64,000 nucleotides of DNA. It comes from Azolla caroliniana (lineage: Eukaryota > Plantae > Polypodiophyta). The notes beneath the pieces were generated by a model. It was not told the origin of the DNA and searched no databases. It saw nothing but the letters and a program-made list of their open reading frames with translations. This document shows, one piece after another, positions 46,501 through 59,612 of this stretch. Within the stretch, counting starts at the first letter, position 1. Every line of letters starts with the position of its first letter. The position numbers and the translations under genes are program-made. The stretch is from assembly GCA_043228905.1 (NCBI GenBank), contig JBHGNT010000015.1, positions 7,874,001 through 7,938,000 on the forward strand, written 5' to 3'.

Positions 46501-49483
46501 CCAACTGACTGATCAGTCGCTCGTTCGGTCCACTCAACCATAACGATTCCGGACTCTCATCTTGAGTCCCGGCTTCATCATCCTCTGCCAGGGCTGATTC
46601 AGGCTCACTGGCCTGATCTTCCGGCATTCGGTCGGGATCGGAAGTCGGAGTCGGTACGGAGTACCAGGATGCCGATTCATCGAACTCAACATCCCGGCTA
46701 ACTCGGACTTCCTTCGTCCGGGGGTTATAGCACTTATACCCCTTTTGCTCTTGAGCATAGCCGACTAGGATGCATTTTTCCGATTTTGCATCCAGCTTTC
46801 TCTGCTTCGGATCCGGCACATGCACATACGCTATGCTGCCGAATATCCGAAGGTGTCTTAAGTTCGGCTTGTGCCTGAAATACAGCTCATGAGCTGACAC
46901 CTTGTCACTAATGCGGTTTTGTATGTAGACGGCCGTCCGGACCGCCTTCGCCCAGAAGAACCGGGGCATGCTCTTCTCCTCTAGCATTGCCCTTGCCGCT
47001 TCGACGAGTGTCCGGTTCTTCCTTTCGGCCACACCGTTTTGCTCCGGTGTGTATCTGCAGCTGAACTCTCGCCGAATTCCCTTCTACTGCAGATAACTAG
47101 TTAATTGGCCGGAAAAATATTCCTTTCCGCCGTCCGACCGAAGGCATTTGATCTTCCTCTCCGATTCCCATTCCACCATCTTTTGGAGGCTCCGGAAACA
47201 GTCAAAGACTTCGCTCTTCCGCTCAATGAGGTAGATCCAAGTATGTCGAGTATAGTCGTCGATGAAGGAGACGAAGTTCCGGCTCCCGCCAAGGCTTACA
47301 CTTTGTGCCGGTCCCCACACATCCGAATGGATGAGATCGAGCTTGTTACGGCTCCGGTTCCGTTCGGTGGGGAATGGAAGCCGGTGTTGCTGCCCAAGTT
47401 GGTAGGCTTCACAAATTTCGGCTCTCCGGCCACTGAACTTCGGCAAACCGACAACGACTTGTTTCGTTTGCAGGTCTTGAAGCCTCCGGTAGTTGACGTG
47501 GCCTATCCGCTTGTGCCACAGGTCGATGTCCGACTCGAACTTCTGTCGATTCGCGAACAAAGCGGTGCCAAAGTCATTGGTGTTGAGGATAAACATCCTC
47601 CCGTCTCTGCGCCCTTGCGCAATGACTTAGCCCTCATCCTCAATGAAGCACCCGAGGTGCGTAAACCGCACCTGCATCCCCTGGTCGACAATCTGACCGA
47701 CGGACACCAGGTTCTTCGTGATTGTCGGAACGTGTAATACGTTCATCAGCTTCCCTTTCTGTCCGACGTGGCTTAGAGGGACTTCTCCGACGTGCACGAT
47801 TGGGTGAGGAGTGTCGTCTCCGGTTTCGACTACTCTTGGTTGATCCGGTTTCTCCAGAAAGGAGAACCACTCTTTGTGGCTCGTCATGTGGTTCGACGCG
47901 CCGGAATCAACATACCACACTTCCTCCATTTTGGAAGTGGTCTTCTTCATTGAGTTTGCCTTGTGATTCATCACCAAGGCTGGCCCCTTACCGACCTTTC
48001 CGGTTCCGGATCCTCCTGATCCGTTTGCGTAGTGCGAGTTTTACCGGCCATCCTTACCGGTATTGCCAGATCCGGATTTATCCGAATCCGCACGCTTTCT
48101 CCAGCACTCGCTTTCCCTGTGGCCTTTTTTGCCACAGTACCAGCATTCTGTAGCGGATTTGTCTTGCCGGCCTCCGGCACCACCTTGACTCCCCCTGCTT
48201 GTGGAAGTCCCAGAACTGTTGTCGACACGCTCATAGTGCCTCCGTTCTTGCTCTTGTCGGCCGCCTCCATTGCGTGCCGACCCACCTCTTCCACCACGCC
48301 CATGGAGCCGATCCATTCCTGTGTACAGCATTCGGCTGTCCGAGGATGCACTGGTAGATGCACTGGCGTAGTTCTCCTCTATAAGGAGCATCGACTGTAA
48401 GTCGAAGAATGAGGGGGTATTCTCCCTTGTACACACCGCAGTCCGGAACGCTCCGAACTTGGACGCTAGGCCTCCGAGACATACCTGCACCATCTCGTCT
48501 TCCTCTACGGTAACATTGATAGAGGCGAGCGAGTCGCAGATCTCCTTTATCCGGCCCGTGTAGTCTGCCACGGACATGTTCTTCTGTCGAACATTGCTCA
48601 ACTCCTGTCTGAGTTGCAGCTTCCGGGCAGTGGTGCTTGCGGCGAAAACCTTTTTCAGGTTCCCCCAAGCATCCTTCGGTGTCTTGGCATCACGGATGTG
48701 GCTGAGCAGCTGATCGCCGACACTGGACGCGAAGCAGTACATCACCCTGCTTGCCGCCTGTTCCCATACCGGGAAGTCCTTGTGTGCCGAGTTTGGCGCC
48801 GCATCATTCGCTCCTTCGACATAACTCCAGTACCCGTGTCCAAGCAGGTACTGGTGCATCTTGTAAGACCAGGATGCGTAGTTGCTCCTGTTGAGCTTCT
48901 CCACCGGGAGCGACGTAGCCATGCCTCTATCCATGTCTTCTATTGTGTCTGTTTTCGACCTGTTTAGGTTTTCTTCTCAAGAGTAAATGTCTGCAGCAGA
49001 GGTTCTCAACCCTCGCGCTATGATACCATGTAAACGTAAGTGTTTGCGGAAGCGTAAAACAGAGAACAACATAGAGACAGAGAGAGAGAGAGAGACAGAG
49101 AGAGAGAGACAGAGAGAGCAGAACACAATTTCAAAATTATATCAAGAGAGAGAGAGAGAGAGAGAGAGAGCAGAATACAATTTCACTCACTACACACTGT
49201 GCTAAGTAGCACTATTTATACAAGTCCTCTTGGGACTGACAGAAGTACCATGTACTTCAATGTTCACACGAGCATCTGACACTTACTACGAGACTATAGC
49301 TACCTAGCAGTCTATCCTATACTAGGCTTCCGATTGGACTGCCGGTTACGGATTGCACCCGGCCTCCACTGCTTGCCGGTTCGGTTGCTCACCGTCATAC
49401 CGATCCGTTTCGCCCGATCCGTCTCGCTTACCGGCTCCGGCTTATTCAGCCGATCCGGCTCCGGTTGAGCTTGTCGCTCAACA
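43481..49483 (-). mobile_element. Full-length Copia H (same family as 1680-6002 and F)
   Basis: LTRs 43481-43895 and 49029-49483; TSD CTAAT; PBS TGGTATCATAGC (49017-49028, minus); PPT GAGGGGGAG (43896-43904, minus). Confidence 0.96.
43992..48934 (-). pseudogene. Copia H gag-pol with a few stops/frameshifts and a ~210-codon extension after RNase H
   Basis: ORFs 48041-48934, 47627-47977, 47084-47596, 46208-47032, 44925-46397 and 43992-44915 cover gag, PR, INT, RT (LYVDDL) and RNase H (DADWAG, ADIFTK). Confidence 0.92.
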
Positions 49484-49862
49484 CTAATGATAACCATGTC
49501 ATCAACATATAGAATCAGATAGATCTGGGACTCATCGGCCAATTACCGGATGTACATACATGGGTCAAAGTCCAACCCGTTGTAGCCAAATTGCTAGATG
49601 TAGGTATCAAATTTCTGATACCACATTCTTAGCGCTTGTTTCAAGCCTTAAAGGCTCTTCTTTAGCTCACATACAAGGTGTCCTTTCTCCCCTGTTTCCA
49701 TAAAGCCTGCCGGTTAGGACATGTAGATGTCCTCTTTGATATCTTTGTGTAAAAAAGCAACTTTCACATCTAGCTACTCCAGCTCTAGGTCTTCGGTCTC
49801 TATGACTCCGAGTAGGAGCCAGAGGATCATCATGTTGACTATCGAAGAGAATATCTCATCAT

Positions 49863-50157
49863 TTTTGGGTGTGTGAGGAAGAGTGAGAGACACACAAGAA
49901 GCACACACAAGAAGCTCAAACAAGAAGCACTCACACAAAGAAGGCAATGGCTAGAATAGCTCTCACTATTGATCAATAATACAAACCTAGTAAGAGCTTA
50001 AATATATATCCTAAGTATTAAGTACCACCATATACGAGTGACTCATGTATGTGGTAACATGGGGAAAAAACCTCTAGCCAGCACTAGAGTAAAAAGTGCC
50101 CATGTATAGGGAAAATGGTTCGCATCAAAGCTACTCGAGGAACACGTAAGTGTAACA
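49863..50157 (-). mobile_element. 295-bp solo-LTR-like insertion in the RT of host G
   Basis: TSD ATCAT (49858-49862, 50158-50162); splits GVNYD/EIFS; one end is TAACA. Confidence 0.75.
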
Positions 50158-51389
50158 ATCATAGTTGACTCCATGTTCTTGTTTGAATCCTTTCGTGACA
50201 AGTCGAGCTTTGTATTTGGGTCTGTTTGAACCAGATACATATTTGTACCTGTAGAACCACTTGCAGGGCAGCGACTTCCTTGCGGCTGGTAGTTTGACCA
50301 ACTCCCATGTGTCATTCTCTTTGATCGAGTCCATCTCGAATCTCATGGCTTGTAGCCATGTTTCAGCGTCCGGTGCACCAATTTCTTCCTCATAGGATCT
50401 TGGTTAGCCTGCATCGGTCTAGTTGATGTAGTCCAATCCCTACGCATAAAACTCGTTCAGATCTCCTTTGTGCGAGTTTTGTTGGTTCTGATTCTTCGAT
50501 CGGCTCTAGTGTCGGATCAACATTCATTGAACCTTTGTTGTAAAGAGATCAGGGGGGGGGGGGTGATCCGAGTTGGCAATTTTCTTGTGTCAATGTCAGA
50601 TCCACCTCTTCCTCGGGCGTGATTGACCGTGTTGTTGGTGCGTTGGCCGGTTTGGATTGGTCGTTGGTGACTTTAACCAATTGGGCTTTGGTCAATCTTT
50701 TAGCCAATTTGGAGTCGGTTGTTGGACCTTCTGTCGATTTGGATTTGATGGGTGGGTTGTTGGGCGAGTCAACTTCAATAGTTTGTCGGATGGCCAATTC
50801 GGATTCAATGATCGGAATGTCTACTTCTGATTCTTTATCAGGAAGATCAAAAGTGACCTTTTTGCCGATAATCGGATGGGATCGGCTTGAGAGGATTGAG
50901 TCTTCATTGAAGACCACATCATTTCTTGAAATCAATTTCCAGTTAACTAGATCCCATAGCCAATATCTGAATTCCTCATCGGTTCCATATTCGAGAAATA
51001 TAACTTCGTGGAATGGGGCGCCAACTTGGTCCTTTTCTCCCGTAGAATGAATGCATAGGCTTCGGATTCGAATATACGAAGCCGATCGTAGGTTGGCTTG
51101 TTGCTTGACCATAGTGCTTCTAGCACTTGGAGCCGTATTTCTCATGGCAATGACAGATTGATTAGGTAAACTACCGTCTGCATTGCTTCGGCCCAGAACT
51201 CCAACTTTCGTTCAGCTTGGTGGAGCATTACCGTCACCCTCTCTTGAATGGTCGGTTTCACCGTTTTGTATCGGGGTCTAGGGAACAGTCTTCTGATGTT
51301 GGATCCCGTTTTTGGTTAGCTATGTCTTGAAGGCTTTAGAGGTGTTCTCATCACCAATGTACGACCGAAACGTCTTCACTTTATGTCTT

Positions 51390-53390
51390 GGAAAATCAGA
51401 TCTGCAAGTCTTAAATTGATAGGCCTGGCATGAATAAATGAAGTTGTGTTTCATGAACTTTCCTAGAGATACTACAAATAGAGACGCCAAATCCCTTGGT
51501 TTAAGCGACTTCCTATCTAGATCCTTTCTTTTACACAAGTTTCCTTCTAAATTGGTGTCCACAGACTCAAATAACTTGACAAAGTTTAATATTTCATTAC
51601 ACAACTCTTTTGGACACCACCTAAATCTATTAAGTCCACAATCTTCACATAAACCCATGCCACAATCTATTAATTGTGGAAGATAGCCTCAGATTCTCTT
51701 GGACACAATATTGAATCTAAAGACCACTCATGGATACGCATACATGCTCTAATGATATATAGTGCTCTTGCAGGCTAGATCGACAAATTGGGCACTTGCC
51801 ACTCACAAGCGTAGACTACATCCTGTAGGGAGGAGCTATGGTGACGTAGTAGATTAACAGAATCCTTGAGAAAACCCATTTGTACATGGTAAATGCAACA
51901 ACATGTGTATCGATCCTTTGCACATGGTAATTAGCTGACAATAGCTAGTTAGCTATTGTGAGTAGCTAATTAGCTATTACCAGTAGCTAGTTGGCTATTT
52001 CTAGTAGCTAGTTAGCTATGATCATATTCTAATGTAGCTAATTAGCTACTGTGATAGTTAATTAGTTGATAATATATAGTTAGCTATTGCCAATAGCTAA
52101 TTATCTATTATCAGTAGCTAGTTAGCTATTTCCATTAGCTAGTTAAGCTATGATCATATTTAGCTACAGTTGTAGCTAATTAGTTGATCATAGTTAGTTT
52201 TTGCCAACAGCTAATTAGCTATGATCATATTTTGATGTAGCTAATTAGCAATGATCCTATTCTGATGCCGCTAATAAGTTATGATCATATTCTGATGTTG
52301 CTAATGAGCTATTTCCAATAGCTAGTTAGTTATTTCCATCCAGTTATGTACTTCAGTAGGAGACATAGCTATCTAGACCTAATGTTGTTAACTAGCTATT
52401 CTCCTACCTTATGTAGCTAATTAGCTATGGCCAATACCTGATGTAGCTAATTAGCTATGCCTGATACCTGATGTAGCTATTTACCTAATTATCCTTGACT
52501 ATGACTGAATGTAGCTAATCAGCTACATCCTGATTTAGATAGAAGCTCAGGCCACTAGTTATTGCAGCTAATTACCTAGTGATTGTAATCTCAATAGTGC
52601 ATAGACTTGTGACAATAAGGTCGATAATAAAAACAAATATGAGATAAATGTAAATACTTGAGGTACATCAAGAAGATGAATGGGATGCTCCTTATATTGA
52701 TTCCTTCCAACACGTTTCCTGCACAAATCCTTCTTATTGGGTGAATTCCTACTCTCATTAGTCCAAAATATGGTGATTATATTCTTGATTTCTGATGCTA
52801 TGGGTCTCACTGACTTACATCTTGTGGTTATCTTTAGCATACTAGTTCCTTCACCACCTGAAATTAACCAGTTCATTGTATTGTACACACATTTTCTAGT
52901 AACACTGATTACCTTAGATATCACATTGATTTGAAGATCATCAACATCACTACTAAGTAACATCATTGGACTAGACCTTTTTAAGAGAAGATCATCTTCT
53001 AACCTACTGATGGTTATGAAACTATTACGGAGATTATTTACTAATACAGATGTTATGTTTCCATTAATACCATCAAAATCAACTATGTCCTTTATCGATG
53101 GATCATTTAATATTCCATAAAGTATTACCTTCTTGTCTTCATTGTTGATGTGCTTGGTTTGAACATTGAAATAGTCTACAACCTTTCTCTCTATGATAGT
53201 AGTCTCATTACTTCCTTTCTCAGTGGTATTTAGACCTACATCACAACCAATACTATTCTTACCTTTAGTTTATGCGTCTTTCTTATTCTTTAACATTTGA
53301 CGATGTTTTCTTCTTCTTTTCTGCCCAATACTTTCATATCGCTTGTTGTGTACTGATAGCCCGATCCCTATCCTGATGATCCATGAGGGC
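51390..53390 (-). pseudogene. Degenerate spliced, cysteine-rich transposase-like gene of a putative DNA transposon
   Basis: Minus-strand pieces FWTNESRNSPNKKDLCRKR...HLLDVPQ/gt, KDRYTCCCIYHVQM (~51880-51920) and CEDCG...KHNFIY...QFKTC; resemble recalled transposase-associated motifs, not verified. Confidence 0.5.
51926..52570. repeat. Degenerate palindromic TAGCTAATTAGCTA / TAGCTAGTTAGCTA repeat array
   Basis: Many copies of the self-complementary motif at roughly 20-35 bp spacing. Confidence 0.85.
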
Positions 53391-53815
53391 TGTTGATAAA
53401 CACACTCCTTCCCCTTCCATCTAGCTTGACATAATCATTAATAAATTGAAAAAAAAAAGGATACGTAAATGACTATACCACATGCAAACCGGTTATTGAC
53501 AGGAGCGATCCCACAGAGGCGGTAAGTTATTGTTTGCTAGGGCAGAGTGAAAACTACTCAACCACCGTCGGGAATAGTGGTGGCAAGTGTGAGATTGTGG
53601 TGGCCGTGATGACTATTTGCAACAACATAACACAAAATTATTCCACAATACACAAGATTATACACAAGAGATAATTAGCAGACGACGATGAGATGCAATG
53701 GCTACCTAACAATAGAGGAGCTAAGTGTTCGAAAGTGGAAGTTTTAGAAGCTGCAAGTGGCTAACAACAATACCGACACCCAATGCAAGAAAAATCCCCA
53801 ACGAATTGAGTACCA

Positions 53816-54260
53816 ATCAATGGCAGCAATCGAGGATCGAACAGTGGCAACAATTGAGCGTACAATGGCCACAATGGATGATCTAACTTAGTTGGAGCGA
53901 ACAGTGGCAACAATCCATGACTGAACAATGGCGACAACTGAGCATACAATGGCGGAAATAGAGGAGTGAACTCGGTCGGAGCAAACAGTTATTGCAATCC
54001 AAGATCGAATAGTGGCAACAATTGAGTGTACAATGGCCGCAATGGAGAAACTAACTCAGTCAGAGTGAACAGTGGCAACAATCCATGACCAAACATTAGT
54101 GACAATTGAGAGTACAATGGTGACAATCGAGGAGTAAACTTAGTCGAATCGAACAGTGGCAGCAATCCAAGACCGAACAATGGCAACAATTGAGCGAACA
54201 ATGGCGGCAATGGAAGAGTGAACTTAGTAGGAGCGAACAGTGACAATAATCGAGCCTAAA
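53816..54260. repeat. 84-bp tandem repeat (~5 copies; 60+24 bp subunits)
   Basis: Recurring GAACAGTGGCAACAAT; yields repetitive LLPLF ORFs on the minus strand. Confidence 0.85.
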
Positions 54261-54639
54261 TAGTCACAAAGTGATGGCCAACGTGATGTGGATGCATAAT
54301 GGACCTAGAGTTTGATATATAATCAATGTTTCTAGTTATGATGCACATTTATGGTGCACGTTTATGTTGCATATTTATGGTGCTCATTTATATAATTAAA
54401 AAATTATAATCTTTTCATTCATGGTGCAAAAAAGACTATTTATCACTGGTAGCTTTTTGCATAGCTAATTAGATATGTCAAGGACATAGCTAATTGTTTC
54501 CACTCCCATACTTTCACCCTACTTGATATAGGTCGTGTTTTATCTCGACATAAATTCAAGAAAATATATACTTGTGTTCTCCCTCATTTAATCCTCACAT
54601 TATTTTGGAAGACATTCTAAGAAATCATTATATTTTAAG

Positions 54640-55430
54640 GGGAGTGAGGTAAACAAGGTGTTGTACTCGAAATGGTTGGTCGTATTGTAGACAATGTACA
54701 GTGGTGCAAGTTGCTCATCTATGCAAAATGGAGGTGCCTCATTAGCAAGAAATAGAGTGGTCGGTGGATAAACTCAAAGAGCCTTCAAGGAGGTGGGGAA
54801 AAACTAGAATGATTGGCCTAAAGTAGGCTTAAAAAGGTAGAAGCTCACATAGAAAATAACAAGGATTTCATGTGTGATGGACCTCAAGGGGATTGAATGA
54901 TCTTCAATCAATTGAATTATTAATTGTTTACAGTTGGAATACTTGAACAATACCCACCATTTTTTCGAGCTGACATCATTTGCATGTTGGAACTCAAATG
55001 GTATAATAAAATTACCTAAACGTATATATTGTAAAGCAAATTGACCAGTTTTGATATTTGTGAAACTCACTAAATATCACAATGAGAGGAAAAGGGGGAA
55101 GTTGTCAAGGAAGGGACAAGGATGTCCCCATTAGTGGAGCAAACTATGCTTCCATTGATATCATTAAAAGGGTACTTACGAGTTTGATTTGTTTGAAATC
55201 AACATCAAAGGATTAAGAGAAATTATCAAAACAAATTATGAGGAAATTTTGCTCAATGAAATCACCAAGGGTGGTTTACATGGCACCAAATTTCTCCCAT
55301 AAACTTACATCTAGTTCTAGGACATTAGGATTGGTGATGAACCGATCTCTCTCAAAGATTCACTCATACTAGAGGAGAAGGGAGAATATCCCCTAAATGA
55401 CCTTTTTTTTCAAGTGCCTTTGCTTGGTCC
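54640..55430 (+). pseudogene. Possible highly decayed LINE RT fragment
   Basis: QGCP-type motif (CAAGGATGTCCC) at ~55117-55128; surrounding frames are broken. Confidence 0.25.
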
Positions 55431-56993
55431 TTTTAATGTCATACCTCTCTATGCGTATGTTGCATGTAAAAAATATATATTTGTTAAACAATTCGAATGT
55501 ACTATTGCTTGTACCAGATAAACTGTTTACACCAAATTAATCAAAAGTGACCTCCTATACCATGTTAATCATAATATATTTTGTTACATGCAATATATGA
55601 CAAAGATTTAGAGGTGTATAACATAATATACTGGTTTTTTATTATGATGATAACAACTTTTTGTTTTCCTTATTAGCTAATTACATATTCTTTGTTCTCT
55701 ATCTTCTTAAATGACGCCTTACTTTTCATATTTTATAAAACTTGATACACTCTGGTCTTCTGACTATTTCAACTTGTATGACCACAACAAATTAGGAATT
55801 TGAATGATATTTCCTCAACATCTACTTGTTTACTTCAAGATGATTCCAAGGCTGTATGTCCGAGTCCCAACCATTCAAAATTCTAGCACCTATTTTTAAG
55901 ATCAGGTTCCATTTCCATTTTTTCCACAGAACCAAAATTCCTCTGATGATTTCAAAACTTATAGAATGGTTATTATTACATGTCTCCCAAGAAAACAATT
56001 ATTGATGTGATACTATAAAGATCATTCAACCAACTCCCTAGTAAATATTGTTTAGTTTTAGTCAATTCACACTTACAAAAGTGTTTGAAGAAAGCTACGA
56101 TCCTAACACACCTGCCTTGAAAATTCATAAATCAACAGAAAACTGGACATGTATAATTCAAGTGTATTTATACACTACTACAAGAGTAATTATAAAACCA
56201 GTATTTATACACTACAAGTTAAAGTGACAAGTTGAGGAAGAATCAAGCACAACATTTGTAAGATCAAGAATATATTAAACCAGTGTGTCGTAAGCGATAA
56301 ATGGCTAAGGATAGATATGGCTTCAATGCAGAACGGTACCAAATAACTTAGTCCATGTTTTCACCTGTAGTTGGATGTGATTGATGAAGTACAGAAACAA
56401 TATTATTAAGTTGGCAATACACAATAGTTACCAGGATAATATTGTAAAGATGAACACGAATCAGGCCCAAGTTCTAGTTTAAGGCATGTTTGTTGTCATT
56501 TAGCAGCATATGGCTAGTTCCTATTACTTCTAACCATATAGCTAAGTGCTCTCAACCCAAAGATCATTGTAAATCATTGTGTACTTAGGAAATCTTTTGA
56601 AGGCGTGATAAAATACATCATTATGCTTTCCCCAAGTGAAAGAACAGAGAGGCACACCAGGTTGATCTTAAACAAATGAAAAAAGAGCTCAAATTTAGCA
56701 TAATTCAATTTAATTCAATGTTATGCCTGAAAATTGTAACCATTTATAATCAGATTGTTACATAAGCCAGAGTACTTTAATGATTGTCCTAATTCTCTAC
56801 TTGGATTGCTTGGTGGGTGGGTGGTTTAACATGGTGATTAATGATGCCAAGAATCGAAAACATCATCATTATCCCATATAGGTGGTAGCATTAATATCAC
56901 AGTTGTTAATGCAAAGAAATAATACATAAATTCTACTGAGCATTAGTTATAGGAAACCAGCTCAAGACAAAACAAAAAAGAAACAAATACTTC

Positions 56994-59612
56994 TCACAAG
57001 AATGCATCTTTCTCGAGTAAAGCAAGTATATCCTTTTGCTTGTTCAACTTAGCCACATCAATAGGGGTTTTTCCATCTGAATTCTCAGCAGTTCTGCGTT
57101 GACAAATGCAAATAAGAAAAGACAAAAACTTTAGGGTGAGATATGGTGGGTAAAGACAGGTATGGATATAGATATCTTACACAGCAGCACCATTCTTGAG
57201 CAACAACACCACACATTCAGTTCGCCCATAGCCAGCCGCGTAATGCAGCGGTGTATTTTTGTTCCTGTCCTGTGCATCAATGGCTGCACCAGCTTCTACC
57301 AGAGTTTCTGCACACTTGACCTTTTGAAAAAACAACATTATGCCATTTTCTACATCTATAATAGAAAGAATATATGTCATTCGAGAATGTTCGGAGAACA
57401 GTTCGTGAAGTCATCAGTTTTATCCTTAAGGTATACTACAGGAATTTGAGCCATACACTAGTTTCAGAAGCTAAAATCCATATTGATAACATACAGGAAA
57501 TGATTTTTGTCAAATTAAACACCACCCAATCTCAAGGCATGTGTTACTGCAGGTGAGGGTGATACTAGCATCTCCAACGACAAAGAGAAACTTCATGCTT
57601 TAAAAGAGATGATGAACTAACTTACATTTCCATGGCCACAAGAGAAGTGTAAAGCTGTGCGACCTTGTGAGTCCTTCTCATCCTTGTCAGAACCATCCGC
57701 AAGTAATTTTTTAAGAATCTGACATGTAAATCATGGGATTTAAATTTCCAAGCGAATGTGCTAGAAAAAGGGCAAAACATCAAAACATCTCTTTAACTTA
57801 GGGAGACACTTCCAACAAGTTATTGATATCTCGGTGGTTTTCTCTAAAGAAAAGTGCACAAAAGAGTCACATCCATTGTATAAATACACCGACTTTTACC
57901 TCCACATTGCCTTTGCTAACAGCATGGTGTAGAGTGCTAGTTCTCTCTTCTTCACTCTGCTTTTCTTCAGTGTTCGTCTCGGATCCAGATGTGTTAGCCA
58001 TAGCTTTTCCAAGCTTACGCAAGACCATAGGGTCATTCCAATACCTTCATGGAAGTAAGTCCAGTGGCAAAACATAAAATAATAGTATATTGATACTAAA
58101 TTACACTACTGTTACTTGTATGTCATCAGAGCCCCTTTTAGCTTTCATTTTGGCGTACACTATATACAATTACTTGTGTATTACCACTTTTGATAGTAGC
58201 ATGGCCATAGAGGTTAAAACCATGTAAGAAGTTCTTTCGATCAGAAGAACTTGATATACTCTAAGGGTTATTATAATTACAACTCACTTCATCATTGCGG
58301 CGGGACCCCCACTCTTTATTTCATCAAGGACTGCTTTCAGTTCCGGATCTTCTTGGACCTTTGCGATCTGAGCTTCTAGTTGCTCTTTCTGTGCTGGATT
58401 TGAGAGGTTTTGCATTACATTCGACATCGATGGATCCTGATAATTCATCATATCATAAATCCAAATGCATGGAGTTATACTATTTATGACATCATTATTT
58501 AAAGATTACTGGGATGGGTTTATTGGCCTAGCATCCAGGTCATAACACCACTGTAGTCTCCTCATAGATTGAGATTCTAGAAAAGCTATGGATACCACAT
58601 AATCTACATCTACATAAGCATATACTAGTTTATAGATGGTTGATGTTTGGGTGGTGTGAATCTACATCTATTTCTCCAGTGATCTTTCATGAGTTTTCCC
58701 TCAGGATCTACCTGCATCACTGCAGACCCGAGCTTCTTTGCCATCGTTACAAATTGTGGATTCTGCATGACTTGTTGAAATGCACCCATGTACTTTTGAT
58801 AATCCACCTGCTGCGGCATTGAGCCATCTTGCCTCACTTGTTGCAATTGTTGGGCAAAATTAGTGAAGCTTGGATCCTTTGCTATTTTCTCGGCTAGCTC
58901 TTTCACACTAGGATCCTGCCATAAGAGAAGATAATGAGCTAAATCAAAGGCGGGATTCTGTAATGACCGCTTCCATTCTTCATCAAGGAAGGTTTATCCA
59001 TCAATCAAACATGTAGGTATCATCCATCCAACAGACTTAGCCATATGAAAGAACTGCTACAATATAATGAGAAAGTCACATCAAAGTATTATTATATCAT
59101 GAGAACCTCTTTGACGCGATATCAGACCACGTATCAAAAAGAAAAAGAACAGCCACATTATTGCAAGTCACTATACTGAGTTTCTATGATTCCTATACAC
59201 ATCAAGCAAAGCCTCTATGGTGGTAGCAAAAGAGCATCCTTTCTCATCATTTCAAATAAGAAAATGCACACACACACACATAAACATACATGCAGTCATT
59301 TGTTAGAAATGAAAAGCGAGCTTTTACTTACAGAAAGGACATTTGACATAGTGGAGAAATCAAACGAACCGGATGCACGAGAAGTTCCTCCTACCCTCTG
59401 TTTAGGTGAATTAGACGAAGAGTCTGGAAAACAAAACAAAAAAAAAAAAGGATGTGGAAAGAGTAGGAAGATTTGGTGCTGAATGGGTTACATTACATGT
59501 CCTTAATTGAATTGTTTGGAGGCAGTACCAGAGTTCCTGCATTTCAAGTTCAAGTGTATGGGAGAGAGTTAGTTAGTTAGTTACCTTGTGAGGTAGGTGG
59601 TGGTGCTGCCAT
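56994..59612 (-). CDS. AKR2: Ankyrin repeat domain-containing protein 2-like (AKR2A/AKR2B family chaperone), 8 coding exons, 316 aa
   Basis: Exons 59585-59612, 59332-59423, 58712-58915, 58288-58436, 57900-58044, 57626-57718, 57181-57320 and 56994-57093 have GT-AG introns and sum to 951 nt in frame. Motifs: [52 protein letters not shown]-terminal LLEKDAFL. Confidence 0.92.

Larger units (their letters stand above)
43185..51390 (-). mobile_element. Degenerate Copia host G (integrase-RT-RNase H fragment without LTRs)
   Basis: RNase H DSDYAG...AISWRSKLQ; RT LYVDDM contiguous across insertion 43481-49483; YKARLVTKGF; integrase remnants 51130-51390. Confidence 0.8.

Noticed and set aside
2300-49000. 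Numerous overlapping antisense and alternative-frame ORFs of 60-250 aa
   Set aside because: They overlap GC-rich gag-pol frames and lack recognisable motifs.
53761-54246. LLPLF-repeat ORFs as genes
   Set aside because: Explained by the 84-bp tandem repeat; interrupted by stops; no gene structure.
59529-59536. AG/GT-bounded micro-exon in AKR2 intron 1
   Set aside because: 8 nt would shift the frame; exons 1 and 2 join in frame without it.
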